From contig NC_068989.1 of assembly GCF_001194135.2 (NCBI RefSeq), positions 38,837,041-38,901,040 on the forward strand: a DNA stretch of 64,000 nucleotides, written 5' to 3'. Positions 37,930-49,601 of this stretch are shown here, one piece after another. The notes beneath the pieces are model-generated. The model was given only the letters and a program-made list of their open reading frames with translations. It was not told where the DNA came from and ran no database searches. Each line of letters opens with the position of its first letter. The first letter of the stretch is position 1. Origin of the DNA: Octopus bimaculoides. Its lineage: Eukaryota. Both the position numbers and the translations under genes were made by a program.

Positions 37930-38760
37930 GCTGCACAAGGATACAGAAAATTTACTGAAATTTCATTTTAGCAGAATGGACATATTACTGTTGTGACAAC
38001 ATTTAAATAATCTAAGTGGGAAAGAAGAATACAAAAAAAACATCTTGACATAGCCTGTTTTCAATGCCAATTTATGCAATAATTTTTTGTGTAAGGTTAC
38101 GTAACATTTGTGGTTTTAAACATTAGAATGCCACATCTTTTTTATGCTTATTGTTTCCTTCCAGTACAAGCCAAATACAATGTTTGGCAGATGTACAATA
38201 TAAAAGTGCAACTTTGATGCAGGCCTGAAGAAGTGTTTGCTGTTGCTGCCACTGCCAAATGCATTACTGGTGCTGCTGCTGCTGCTTGATGCACAGCTGG
38301 TGTAATTCCCCCTGCTGTTGCTGCTGTTATTATTGGTTGATGTATTGTTAGTGCTGTTGCTACTGCCAAGACTACTGCTGCAATCACCAGTGCCATTCTC
38401 CACCTCAGCCTCATACACTGCACCTTAGGAATTCCATCGACCACCTACTGGACACTCATTGGTAATCCTGCATGAGCATGCTGCCTCTGCATGTTGTTTA
38501 GGAGTACTACCTAATATTTTTTTAATGCTAGGCACACAACTGAAAGAGACCCTTAAGTTGTGTCTATTAAATAAACGCCAGTATCTATGTGATAGTATAA
38601 AATGTTTGACCACTCATCTAAGGAAAATCCTTCCCACACAAGTCTTGACTTTGAGTGAGAATGATAAGCTTTGCTTGACCAAAAGAGCAAGAATACTGAA
38701 AAACTTGCCTTACCTGGAGTTCTTTTTAAACCCCACAAAAGAGATGTTTAGTCAGTGATG
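37930..38760 (-). mobile_element. Penelope-like remnant (RT C-terminus, Cys-rich linker, decayed GIY-YIG)
   Basis: By hand plus ORFs 38425-38613 and 38116-38418: SFSLKVKTCVGRIFLR*VVKHFILSHRYWRLFNRHNLRVSFSCVPSIKKI...CSCRITNECPVGGRWNS*GAVYEAEV; same architecture as the 16.7-17.3 kb remnant. Confidence 0.8.
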
Positions 38761-39384
38761 TCATCAGAGGAAATTCGTGTTGGAAAAATGGAAACCACCA
38801 TTTGCTGACTAGGAAAATGCTACCACCTTCAGACGTCTTTGACAGAGGTCAGTGACATAACTGGAACTATTCTAATGGTGATAACTCCACCTTGCCCAAG
38901 ATTCTGCCAGTGGAGTTTCATTCTGGAATTTTTGTTTTCAAAATTAACTGACCATAATGTTTCCCTTCCTCCAGTTGTAGTGAAACTATGTGCCTTCAGC
39001 CATTTGTGCCTGATGAGTTGCATACACAGCTAAACTACGCCATTTATAGGTGTGAAATCAATGGTCACTCTCTGACCTGCCATAACAAGCAACCTTCAAA
39101 ATATTACTACTGTAATGTTTAGAGTGTGCCTCTTTTCAGATATATTAACTACTGACTGATATACTTTGATAACTTTGATAGGTTTTGGCCAGTATAGGCC
39201 CAGTTCATGTCTAACTTAATAGCACCACCTGATGAAGTCTTTTAGTCATATATGGGGCACCATGGCCCACTCTAGCTAAGAGTTATTCATGTTGGGAGGT
39301 TGGTCCAGTAACTTTTGAAGAAATTTGTCCAGTGAACATTTGAATCTTATGGGATCCGTTTCCGTTTTGACATATATATATATC

Positions 39385-39471
39385 ATCATCATCATCATCA
39401 TCGTTTAACGTCCGCTTTCCATGCTAGCATGGGTTGGACGATTTGACTGAGGACTGGTGCAACCGGATGGC
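39385..39471 (-). repeat. Young RTE-type 3' tail with (GAT)n end, cut by a gap
   Basis: catcatcatcgtttaacgtccgctttccatgctagcatgggttggacgatttgactgaggactgg is almost the exact reverse complement of 63925-64000. Confidence 0.88.
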
Positions 39472-39665
39472 NNNNNNNNNNNNNNNNNNNNNNNNNNNNN
39501 NNNNNNNNNNNNNNNNNNNNNNNNNNNNNNNNNNNNNNNNNNNNNNNNNNNNNNNNNNNNNNNNNNNNNNNNNNNNNNNNNNNNNNNNNNNNNNNNNNNN
39601 NNNNNNNNNNNNNNNNNNNNNNNNNNNNNNNNNNNNNNNNNNNNNNTATATATATATATATATAT

Positions 39666-41469
39666 ATTTGTGAAAGAGGACAACAAATGCTGAGGCACTA
39701 CAAGCATCTCAAGTCATATACATCATCTTATACTATTCTTAAATTAGTTGTCTTACAACTGTTTCTGGGATACCTAGAGAATGGAAATATTCAGATAAAA
39801 GATCTAGACATGGAAAATTCACAGATAATAAGCAATGAAATAGAAGAGTAGAGAGTAAGGAAATAAGGAAATAGAGTTCACAGTTCATTTTTCAGGATGT
39901 ATAGATGTTAGTCCAAATGTCCTTAGGTAAAATCTGAGGTAAATCCAGGCAGTATTACAGCAATGTATGAGGAGTGTGTTCACAGTATAAATACCCAGGT
40001 AATATTTTGGCAGAAATAAGAATGGTATGTTCATATTGAGATGGTTGGTTTGTGAGAGAATTACCATAAAAGTGGCTATTGAGCAAAGTGGAGAGAGAAA
40101 GGGAAAGAGAGGTTAATAAGGAGAGAGAGAGAAATTGGGATAGAGAGAGAAAGAAGGTAAGTGACAGGGTATTAGCAAGGATTAGTCAGAAGGATTGGTT
40201 AGAATACCCTCATAGGTAGGAATATATCTATAGCTACTGACCATATCCATTTGTTCGTCCAAATGGGTATGGTCAATATGAAGGACGAACAAATGGGTAC
40301 TAGAAAAGCTCGGTTGTGAGATGACGCTTTGGTGAAAGATCACGAAGCGGAAGCTCCAGTTCTTTGGCCACGTCATGCGCCAGGATGGACTTGAGTGAAC
40401 GATCATAACTGGCAAGGTGAACGGCAGACGTAAAAGAGGCAGACCATCCACTTCTTGGCTGAAAGCATCACATAGTGCGACACCTGACTAGAAGAAGAAG
40501 ACTAACCATAATCAACTGAAACTTCATCTACTCAACAGATACAAACATTTACTGCTTGAACTCTTGCCTCAACCCTAAACTTGAGGAATAGTGCTGGCAT
40601 CTTATTTATTATTCTCTTTATTTCTTTTCCTATTCTCCTTGATCCTTTTTATTTTTATGTTTTACTCTCCATTATTTTCCTCCTCTCTTCTTTTATCTGT
40701 ACCCTTATTTTGACAATTTATTCTTATTTTTATTTTTTTCTACTTTTTCTAGTTTTTATCTTTTATTTTTATTTTATTACATTTTCACTTTTTATTCTGT
40801 ATTTTTCTATTTCTGTCTTCATTTTTATTCTTCTGACTAATCCTTGCTAATACCCTGTTACTTACCTTCCTCTTCTCTCTGTACCCACAGGCTATCTCAT
40901 TTCTCTCTCTCTCTTCTCATTAACCTCTCTTTGCCTTTCTTTCTCTTTCTTTCACTTTCTTCTTCTCTCTCCACTTTGCTCAATAGTCACTTTTATGGTT
41001 ATTCTCTCACAAACCAACCGTCTCAATATGAACAAACCATTCCCATTTCTGCCAAAATATTGCCTCGATATATATACTGTGAACACACTCATACATTGCT
41101 GTAATACTTCCTGGATTTACCTCGGATTGTACCTAAGCACATACAGACTAACATCCATACCTCCTAAAAAATGAACTGTGAACTCTATTTCCTTATTTCC
41201 TTACTCTCTACTCTTCTATTTCATTGCTTATTATCTGTGAATTTTCCATGTCTAGATCTTTTATCTGAATATTTCCATTCTCTAGATCTTTCATATGTTC
41301 TCTATTTGTTTCTGACAGAATACCCCATATTCAGGCATACTTTCCTATCACTTGGGACATCCTGCAAACAGCTGTCAGACCCCAACTAATTTAAGAATAA
41401 TATAAAATGTTGTATATGACTTGAGATGCTTGTTATGCCTCGGCATTTGTTGTCCTCTTCCACAAATTT
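39666..41469. repeat. Long inverted repeat (arms about 39666-40191 and 40830-41469)
   Basis: The left arm start atttgtgaaagaggacaacaaatgctgaggc matches the reverse complement of gcctcggcatttgttgtcctcttccacaaat. Long exact stretches such as atggaaatattcagataaaagatctagacatggaaaattcacagataataagcaatgaaatagaagagtagagagtaaggaaataaggaaatagagttcacagttcatttt are present in both arms; the right arm has an extra block at about 41285-41370. Confidence 0.92.
40238..40503 (+). mobile_element. Short 5'-truncated RTE LINE 3' end of a second RTE family, with a 5' inversion
   Basis: KWVLEKLGCEMTLW*KITKRKLQFFGHVMRQDGLE*TIITGKVNGRRKRGRPSTSWLK; (AGA)n tail; CpG-rich. Confidence 0.88.
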
Positions 41470-41787
41470 TTATCTGCTAAATCGGAAACCTAAAATGAAT
41501 CCATAGCTCTCGTCTCAGTTACATGCTTAGAACCCTGATAATCTGTTACAGCACTTACCCAGTGTACTTATTCATTTAGATCACCAGTGAACTAAACTGT
41601 AAATCGCTGACCACTACATTTATATTTTTTTTCTCCTTGTTTCTCTCCTTATTTCTTTGTGTTCCTTTCAGTTGAAGAGCGTAGCTCGAAATGTCAAATA
41701 CTTTCTGTATTCCTGAGCATTAAACTAATACAACCATTTGTTGTTTACACCACTTGTCTTCGTCTGTTGTTTTTTTCGTAAATTCTC

Positions 41788-41790
<3 letters not shown>
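41470..41790 (+). mobile_element. PLE-type terminal repeat ending in (TA)n
   Basis: Continues from the right arm of the inverted repeat, contains a hammerhead-like motif, and ends cgtaaattctccca followed by (TA)n. The class is inferred from the motif and its context. Confidence 0.5.
41666..41698 (+). ncRNA. Degenerate minimal hammerhead-like motif
   Basis: ttt CAGTTGA a gagc gta gctc GAAA TG TC aaa: same layout as 16139-16184 (core, extra A, stem II, GAAA, loopless stem III) but with core substitutions. Confidence 0.4.
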
Positions 41791-41826
<36 letters not shown>

Positions 41827-41828
<2 letters not shown>

Positions 41829-42047
41829 GTTATCCCATGCCATATCATGGTTCACCTATCACGGTTTATTATTTAAGCTTACGTCGATTCCTCCATGGTG
41901 TTGTTTTGAATTTATAATAAAATAAATATATGCAAATTATAAAAACGATTTAAAAAATATACATTATAGTACTGTTTCTACTTCCGGATTTTCACCTAAC
42001 ATGGGGTGTTTTGGAATATAACATCCATGATAGTCAAGGGATTACTG
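41827..42047. mobile_element. Tigger/pogo-type MITE (about 221 bp)
   Basis: Starts cagttatcccatgccatatcatgg and ends ccatgatagtcaagggattactg followed by TA, giving CAGT(A/T)ATCCC terminal inverted repeats; left flank is CA inside a (CA)n run. Confidence 0.7.
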
Positions 42048-42594
42048 TACATCATATTCCATGTTGGTAGGGATTAGATAATTTGACAGGATATGATATT
42101 TTCCAGGCTTGCATTATCCCATCTCCGTATGGTTTCTCTAGCTAGTACCCTTCATAATATGAACAATTTTACAGAGTGTACTGCGTGCTTTGTTAACTTG
42201 TTTTTCCACATGAACTATTAACCTTTTAATTTTCTCCCAAAATACACTGAGTTACCATTTCTATTCACTTTGAAATCATTGAGATATATTTTTCCCAAGC
42301 AAATATTCAAAATAATTGTTGTTAGGAATTAAAAAATAACATCAATATATCTGCTACAACACGAAGTTGTTTGACTAAACCTATCTTTTCCCTTTGGTAT
42401 AAATCATTAAGGAAAATAAATTTACATGAAAATAAATATATATCTGCTAATAAGGGCTACAATTACCATCTATTGGAATGCCCTTAAATTGTTTAAACAT
42501 CATTCCTACTACAGTAATATAAGTATGATTATCGATAAAGCTAACCAACTTATTCAATCTACTCTTGCTTATGTTTATATGTATGGGTGTGTAC

Positions 42595-42689
<95 letters not shown>

Positions 42690-43071
42690 GTATATGCATG
42701 GATATGCACACACATGCATATGCGTGTATAAATATATGTATGTATGTATATCTATACACACACACATATGCATGTGTGTGTTGAGGAGCTTTGGAACTTT
42801 AAGTAAAGTAGATCAGAGTCAGCCTGTTATAACCTGTTATTAAATATGTTCAACTTGAACAAAATGCCTTGGGCTTATTTTGTTCTTTCATTTACTCACT
42901 TCTCTCTCTCGGTCTTCCTCCTCTGTTTCTTTGTGTCTTACTACACACACACACACACACACACACATAGAAACATGTGTGCATGTATATATACATTCAA
43001 ACATAAATGCATGCAGATATATGTATACACTCTCACACACACAAGCTCATATACACACACACATATTGTCT

Positions 43072-43388
43072 TGGCACTCTATCGGTTACGACGACAAGGG
43101 TTCCAGTTGATCTGATCAACAGAACAGCCTGTTCATGAAATTAACATGCAAGTGGTTGAGCACTCTACAGACACATGTATCTTTAACATAGTTCTCTGGA
43201 GGAGATTCAGCGTGACACAGAGTGTGACAAGGCTGGCCCTTTGAAATACAGGCACAACAGAAACCGGAAGTAAGAGTGAGGGAAAGTTATGGTGAAAGAG
43301 TGCCACACCCTGCCGGGTCTGAGAATCAAAACTGCAATCCTATGACTGTGAGTCGACTGCCCTAACCACTGGGCCATTGCACCTCCAC
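43072..43388 (-). mobile_element. SINE family A with an internal deletion
   Basis: Matches the reverse complement of 27236-27616 at both ends, but the segment between ggtgaaagagt and the head is missing. Confidence 0.88.
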
Positions 43389-44441
43389 TTGCACATATAT
43401 GTACATATAATCATACATACATACATACATGCATACAGTTATTTATATACACTCACACACCACACACACATAACTGTTCAAGTGTGTAGATTGTATGAAC
43501 TTATATGCATCTGTGCATATGTGTTTATCTATGCGAATCAATTTTAGCCAAATGTCTTCTATTAAGGCATTACAAAATAAACTAGCCAGAAACTATGCTT
43601 AAGTATGAGCAATAGACTGTATCTATAACTCGAGGGGCTAGTCTTGTCACATATATTACTTCAGACTGACCCTACCTGGCTAGGGTGCACTTTATTCCAG
43701 AATATTAAGCTATTTGTGCACCAGTATTGTGTATAGGTGGTTCAATTGATCACAAAACTGAGAATAATCATCGTTGAGACTGACAAAGCACCCATTTACT
43801 TTATATTTTTACACATATTAACACACACACATATGTTTGCTAACACATACGTCTATGCTTTCAAACATATATTCTTAATATTGATTTCCGTGGAAATTGT
43901 GGTGTATTTTGCCTAATTATCTTAAATATGTATACTTGCCATGGTCTCCTTTGTTATTAGCATCAGCTTACCCTCCACTACCACTTACCCTCCACTACCA
44001 CTACAGCTTCAGAATACGTTTTTGTTTATTTCACAAATAAAGTGCCAACACCAAAGGAAAATGGTAAAATAATATGTATGTGTGTGTGTGAAAATGAGAA
44101 AGTGAAAATAATGAAAATACATAAAAAGGAACACATTAAAACATTATAATGTATCATTAGACAACATTTGATAACATTACTGTTGTTTTGTTTTTGTTTG
44201 TTTGGTTAGTTCTCAAACAACTTTGAAATTTTTTTCAAACAATAATAAATGATAAATATATTTGGTCATTTTTCTGTGCTGGAATCTGTTCGATAAATAC
44301 ACATTTCTAAGGCACTCTTTTACAGCAGTGCCCCTCCTGACACCAAATATATGTAACTTAGCACTTTTTCATGCNNNNNNNNNNNNNNNNNNNNNNNNNN
44401 NNNNNNNNNNNNNNNNNNNNNNNNNNNNNNNNNNNNNNNNN

Positions 44442-44475
<34 letters not shown>

Positions 44476-44521
44476 AGTATGTATGATGGGCTTCTTTCAG
44501 TTTCCATCAACTAAATCCACT

Positions 44522-44720
44522 CACTGTCAAAGGCTTTCTCCATGTCAACAAAGGCCAAGTACAGAGGTTTATCTTTGGTAATGTATTTCTCCTGAAAATG
44601 CTTTACCAGAAATATAGCACCAGTGGTGCTTCTCCCTGACACAAAAACCAAACTGCATCTCATCTAGACTAACTCTCTCCCTAATTATAAGCCCTAAAAT
44701 TCACTCTATAATTACCCATT
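44522..44720 (-). mobile_element. RTE LINE reverse transcriptase fragment
   Basis: By hand: IRERVSLDEMQFGF / VSGRSTTGAIFLVKHFQEKYITKDKPLYLAFVDMEKAFD. Confidence 0.88.
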
Positions 44721-44834
44721 TATATCTGCACTAGGTCTGCTTAAGAGGTTATTGTGTCCTAGCATATGTGCAGCCTCGTTTAATTTTTGTATTTTCCAGT
44801 GGTATTCTCTGTCAAAAAATGATATCAGCAGAAA

Positions 44835-45010
44835 AATAACATCAGCAAAATACCCTAGGAATGAGAACAGTGTACCCCGTTAGTCAAAAAAGGGTTGGGT
44901 TCGAAATTCCACCAACACACCTGATGAAGGCTGAAAAGTACATTAGCTGAAATGTTGCAGTAATAACAAACAAGATGAGGACACCTATCTGTCCATTGTA
45001 AATAATGGAG
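44835..45010 (+). mobile_element. Older headless copy of the tRNA-hammerhead element family of 16083-16525
   Basis: aaaataccctaggaatgagaac...gggttcgaaatt...cacac CTGATGA a ggctg aaaagtacat tagct GAAA TG TT...taacaaacaagatgaggac...tgtaaataatg; core at 44921-44927, GAAA at 44949-44952. Confidence 0.8.
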
Positions 45011-46817
45011 ATAATGCCACTCTGTTTTTGGAAAAGAAATTAATTGTATTGTTGATAGAAAGGCAGAAAAGGTAGGAAGCAGTGAAGCGGAGTGGGAGAC
45101 ATAGCCTGCCAAATGAAGGGCAAACTTATTGAAGTTGTAACATGTTGTTGACAACATAGTGTCTTAATATATTATAATGAGAAATTGAAAGAGAGAGATT
45201 ATGCCACTCTGTCATCCCAGCATAGATGTTGGTGGCTTAACAATCATGGGTGGACTCCAATTTAGGAAGTATTGTTCAAGTTTGCCTTCTTTTGGAATGA
45301 AGAAAGGTATGTAAAAATAACAGTGCTATTTCAGTAGAATTCTACAAATGCGTAAAACATTGAACAAAAGAGAAACTTTAGAAGCAAATAAAAATATTGC
45401 CTGAAAATGACCTCAAAATTGTGTGACCTGACCTTGTTTCCAAGGTTATTTTAGTAGTAAAAAAAAGGGTTGTGCCAAAAACATACTTTATTTGGTAGCC
45501 AAAAGATTACTGAATTTTTTGACACCACATACGTCAAAATTGACAATTCAGTTTTCAAATCCATAAGGAACATATGCATGCGGGTGCACTCACACACACA
45601 CATACACACACACACACACACACAAACAAACAAACTCTGTTTTATTATATAAGATATGTATTTACTGCATTCATCATTTGATTATAAATGCATCCTCTAT
45701 TCTAATCTGCATTGTCTTTATTTTCTCAAAATGTTGGTTAGCTGATAATGCTGAATTTATCCTCTTAGTATGTTGTTTTTTGCTTTTTAAGCTCTCACTC
45801 CAAGTGTGGGATTTTTGTGTTATTTGCAAGGATAATTTCATTTAATCAAAGCTTATCAATTCACTACATTACATCTGTGATACCCTGCAGTATATGTATT
45901 TAGTATAGAGTACATGCTCTGAGAAATTTATCCTCTTTGCCATTGTTGTTATTCGTAATCAGCATTATCATATTCTTTATGCTTCTTAAGCACATGCAAA
46001 CACACTCTGATTACTTCTCAGCTTTATCTCCTAAGTAGGATATCTTCTCTGAAGATATCTAATAAGCAGGTAATCCATTGCTTTACAAATTATGTCATCT
46101 ACTTGATATCATGATAATAAATAATGGCATTGATATTTACCACATATGATCACTTGAATATTCTCTTGGGCAGGTCTATACCAACTGATAGACTAATTAA
46201 AGCAATATGCAATATATCATCAGGGATAGAATTTCATCATCGTTCTCACTATCTTTCCTATTATCTACTTCAGCCCTGTCAGTATGTCTGTTCTATTAAA
46301 ACTGTCCAACGGATTTTCATCATCAATACTAATATGCCAATGCAGAAGTCTGTATGTTGTGGTTGAGCCTGTCAGAAACAGCAGTCAAATCTCCCTGAAA
46401 TTAATCCTCGCTCCCTCAACAATCTTAGAAAAGAATTTATGTATTTAATAATACATAGTACCATGTATAAGAGATATGCTCAGTAAAGAATAATCTGAGA
46501 CTAAAGAATGACAACATACTTATTACCTTTAAGATAACATTGATATATTCCAGTTTAGCATGGATTAGAAATGTTTTCTGCAGCAACAATCTCTTGATCT
46601 TACATCATCTTTCTATAAAGCTGCTATGTTGAGAGCTATTTTTCTTGAAGTTTTGAATGATTATTCGTTTGTTTTATTCTTCTATTGCAAATCAGTCAAC
46701 TGATTTCACGATGCAATTCTGAACAAAACCCAAGTCAGGTTTGCTAAAAAAATATTGCCATTACTTTTGTACTTTATGAATATATCCATCTATAATGGTG
46801 TCCTGATAAGTATCTGT

Positions 46818-47178
46818 CTTTTATTTGTTTCGGTCATTTGACTGTGGCCTTGAAGGGTTTTAGGTAAACAAATTGACCCCAGGACATACTATTTTTTAAA
46901 GCTTAGTACTTATTCTATTGGCCTTTTTACTGAACTGCTTAGTTACAGGGATGTAAACACACCAACATCAGTTGTCAAGTGGTGGTGTGAGGCACACGCC
47001 AGACACAAAAATGCATAAACATAGATATATATATATATACATATATATATGATGGGCTTTTTACAGTTTCTGTCTACCAAGTCCACTTACAAGACCAAGG
47101 TGCCACTCAGTGGGAGTGAACCCGGAACCATGTGGTTTGGGGAAATAATTTTCTTACCATACATCTTTGCCTGCGCTT
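46818..47178 (-). mobile_element. SINE family C, near full length, short internal (TA)n
   Basis: Both the 3' module (tcatttgactgtggcc...acaccaacatcagttgtcaag) and the head (gtgaacccggaaccatgtgg) are present, with internal deletions. Confidence 0.82.
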
Positions 47179-47789
47179 ATATATTGGGATAAACTTATTA
47201 GATAGGTAAGTAAACATAAAAGTAGTATCTGAAAAAATGGTGATAGTCTGCATTAGCAAAATTAAGACTTAAATCATCTTATTTTAAAGGTTTATTAAAC
47301 TGTCATTTTAGATGTGTTTCTATGACAATGTTTATTCTAGAAAATATTGGTGTTGCATATTCTGATATCATCACCTTTTGTTGGTTCTTTTATTTTATGT
47401 TCACTTCCCCATGTTATAAGTCGAATGCAGACATATAAGGTAGCCTTTTATAGTTGGATGGTTTTCCTGTCACTAACTCTTACCCACTTTTCAGATAAGG
47501 AATATTTTATTTCATTCCAGTTGTCTTTGGTAGCAGGATGTGGTGAAAAGTATTGTTAACAAGGAATGTAAACATCACATTACTGTTGCTTCTGTTTGGT
47601 AACAAGCAAAGACAAGGAATGTTAACAGTTGCACACAAACACAGAAACACACACACATACATATACAATACTCATCATAAAATAAGATACATGATATAGG
47701 GCTTAAGGTCCCTTTAGTCTTATCTCACCAAGAACTATTTAGAGTCTCTGATGTTAGTGTCATGATAAAATGTGCCCACTTCATTCTGT

Positions 47790-47945
47790 AACATGGTTGG
47801 AAATAGAAAGGATGTCCAGCTGAAAGAAGCACCAGTCTAGGGGAGCATTGACTTTCAATAACCTGCCTTGGACTGTGACAATCCATCTAACCCATGCCAA
47901 CATGGAAAGTGGACATAAAGTAATAATAATAATAATGATGATGAT
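47790..47945 (+). repeat. RTE-type 3' tail
   Basis: atggttggaaatagaaaggatgtccagctg...ccatctaacccatgccaacatggaaagtggacat. Confidence 0.65.
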
Positions 47946-48288
47946 AAAGATAATATAAAATAAAGACAAATGATTTATTATAAGTTAGAGAAACTTTTTA
48001 TCATTATCTTCTTTTTCATATTTCAAAGTAATATATTGAAATCCTTACTTGTGAAAACTGTTGTTAAAAACAGGTTCTCTGCACACAGGTCAGAGATATT
48101 TCTCTATGGACTAAGTCTAACATCTAGTAACAATTCTCCATTGAAATTCACTACCTTACTATTTTGGTAGTGCTTTTGGAGAGAGAGATATGATAATACT
48201 TCAATCTCATGTATTTTTAAGATTTTGCCCTTATTTAAGCAATGACTTTTAAAAAGAAATGAAGATAAAATAAATCATTATTATTATT

Positions 48289-48886
48289 GAGTGAGAGAGA
48301 GCAGTGCATGCCATCAAAGTGACACTGGGGTACAAATGTAAACAAATCCCAATATACCCATCATGACTACCTGGCTGAATAGAGTACAGCAGGTACATGC
48401 ATCATAACCATATGCGCAAGACATTGTAGCCCCATATCAAGATAAACAGTGCATGACCTTGCAGGTGAAGCCCATTTAGAATGTTCATCAAGTCAAAAAG
48501 CCCATCCTCCTCAAAAGATCCTTCAATAAGTATTGTTTAAGGATTAGCAATACACCCATGTTTCCAGAGGTCAATTATTCAAACTGCAAATAATCCCTCT
48601 CAGCACATGGCTATGTTCAGAGATGCACTCATCATGATTAGAGATGCTTGTGATCAGAGATTCTCATAATCAGAGATTCTCATTATTAGAGATGCACATA
48701 TTGTCCACCACTAAAGAATATACTCAACTGGTTGAGGTCAAGCAACTGACGAGAAAATATGTGGTATGAGCAGAATATTTGCTGTAGCCCGTCTTTTACA
48801 CCAAGACAAAACATGTGCATGGTAAAGTTTCCAATCAGTTAAGATCAGAAGCCATAAGAACCACTGCCTGATATCACATCAGGGCA
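48289..48886 (-). mobile_element. Non-coding retroposon-like family F, copy 1, within (AAT)n
   Basis: Collinear with 48968-49515 over its full length; both ends abut (ATT)n. Orientation is inferred from the poly(AAT) following ctctctcactc on minus. Confidence 0.8.
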
Positions 48887-48967
48887 TTTATTATTATTAT
48901 TGCTGTCGTTGTTGTTGTTGTTGTTATTGCTACTGTTGCTGCTACTGCTACTAGTGTTATTATTATT

Positions 48968-49514
48968 GAGTGAGAGAGCAGTGCATGACATCAAAGTGAC
49001 ACTGGAATAAAATATACAAAGCCCATTATACCCATCATGACTACCCGTCTGATAAAGGTACACCAGGCACATACATCACAACCATATGTGCGCGACATGG
49101 TGATTTCATATCAAGATAAACAGCGCATGACTTCACAGGTGGAGTCCAGTTAGAATTTTCTTCAGGTCGAGTAGCCCACTCAAAAGGTCCCTGAATAAGA
49201 TTTATTTAAGGATGTTGAGCAAAGAACTCATGTTTCCAAAGGTGACATTCAAACTCCAAAGAATTCCTCTCAACACATGACTATGATGCTCCCCCACTAC
49301 TTCTGCTCCCGATCAGAGATGCACATATCGTCAGCCACCAAGGGACATGCTCAACTGGTTACGGTCAAACAACTGACAAGCAAATCTGTGGTATTGAGCA
49401 GAATATTTGCTGTAGCCTATCTTTTATACCAAGACAAAACAATGTACATGACAACACTTCCAATCAGTTAAGATCAGAAGCCATGAGAGCCACTGCCTGG
49501 TACTGCATCCGGGC

Positions 49515-49515
<1 letters not shown>
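48968..49515 (-). mobile_element. Non-coding retroposon-like family F, copy 2, within (AAT)n
   Basis: gagtgagagagcagtgcatg ... ccactgcctggtactgcatccgggca, followed by a long (ATT)n run (49517-49600). Confidence 0.8.

Positions 49516-49601
<86 letters not shown>

Larger units (their letters stand above)
16218..44441. other. Ten assembly gaps (span given; not a continuous feature)
   Basis: N runs at 16218-16227, 18739-18805, 20361-20620, 24018-24044, 24271-24345, 25320-25697, 33395-33404, 33914-34107, 39472-39646 and 44375-44441; all but the first touch a dinucleotide microsatellite. Confidence 0.97.

Noticed and set aside
39000-39245. Partial hammerhead pieces (ctgatgag at about 39010, ggcctatactggccaaaac on minus, cacctgatgaag at about 39227)
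   Set aside because: None has core, GAAA and stem I together.
43967-44000. Perfect 17-bp tandem duplication cttaccctccactacca
   Set aside because: Simple local duplication with no further structure.
49280-49300. Match on minus to the U1 snRNA 3' stem (gtagtggggga) inside family F
   Set aside because: Only about 11 nt; no Sm site or other U1 features.
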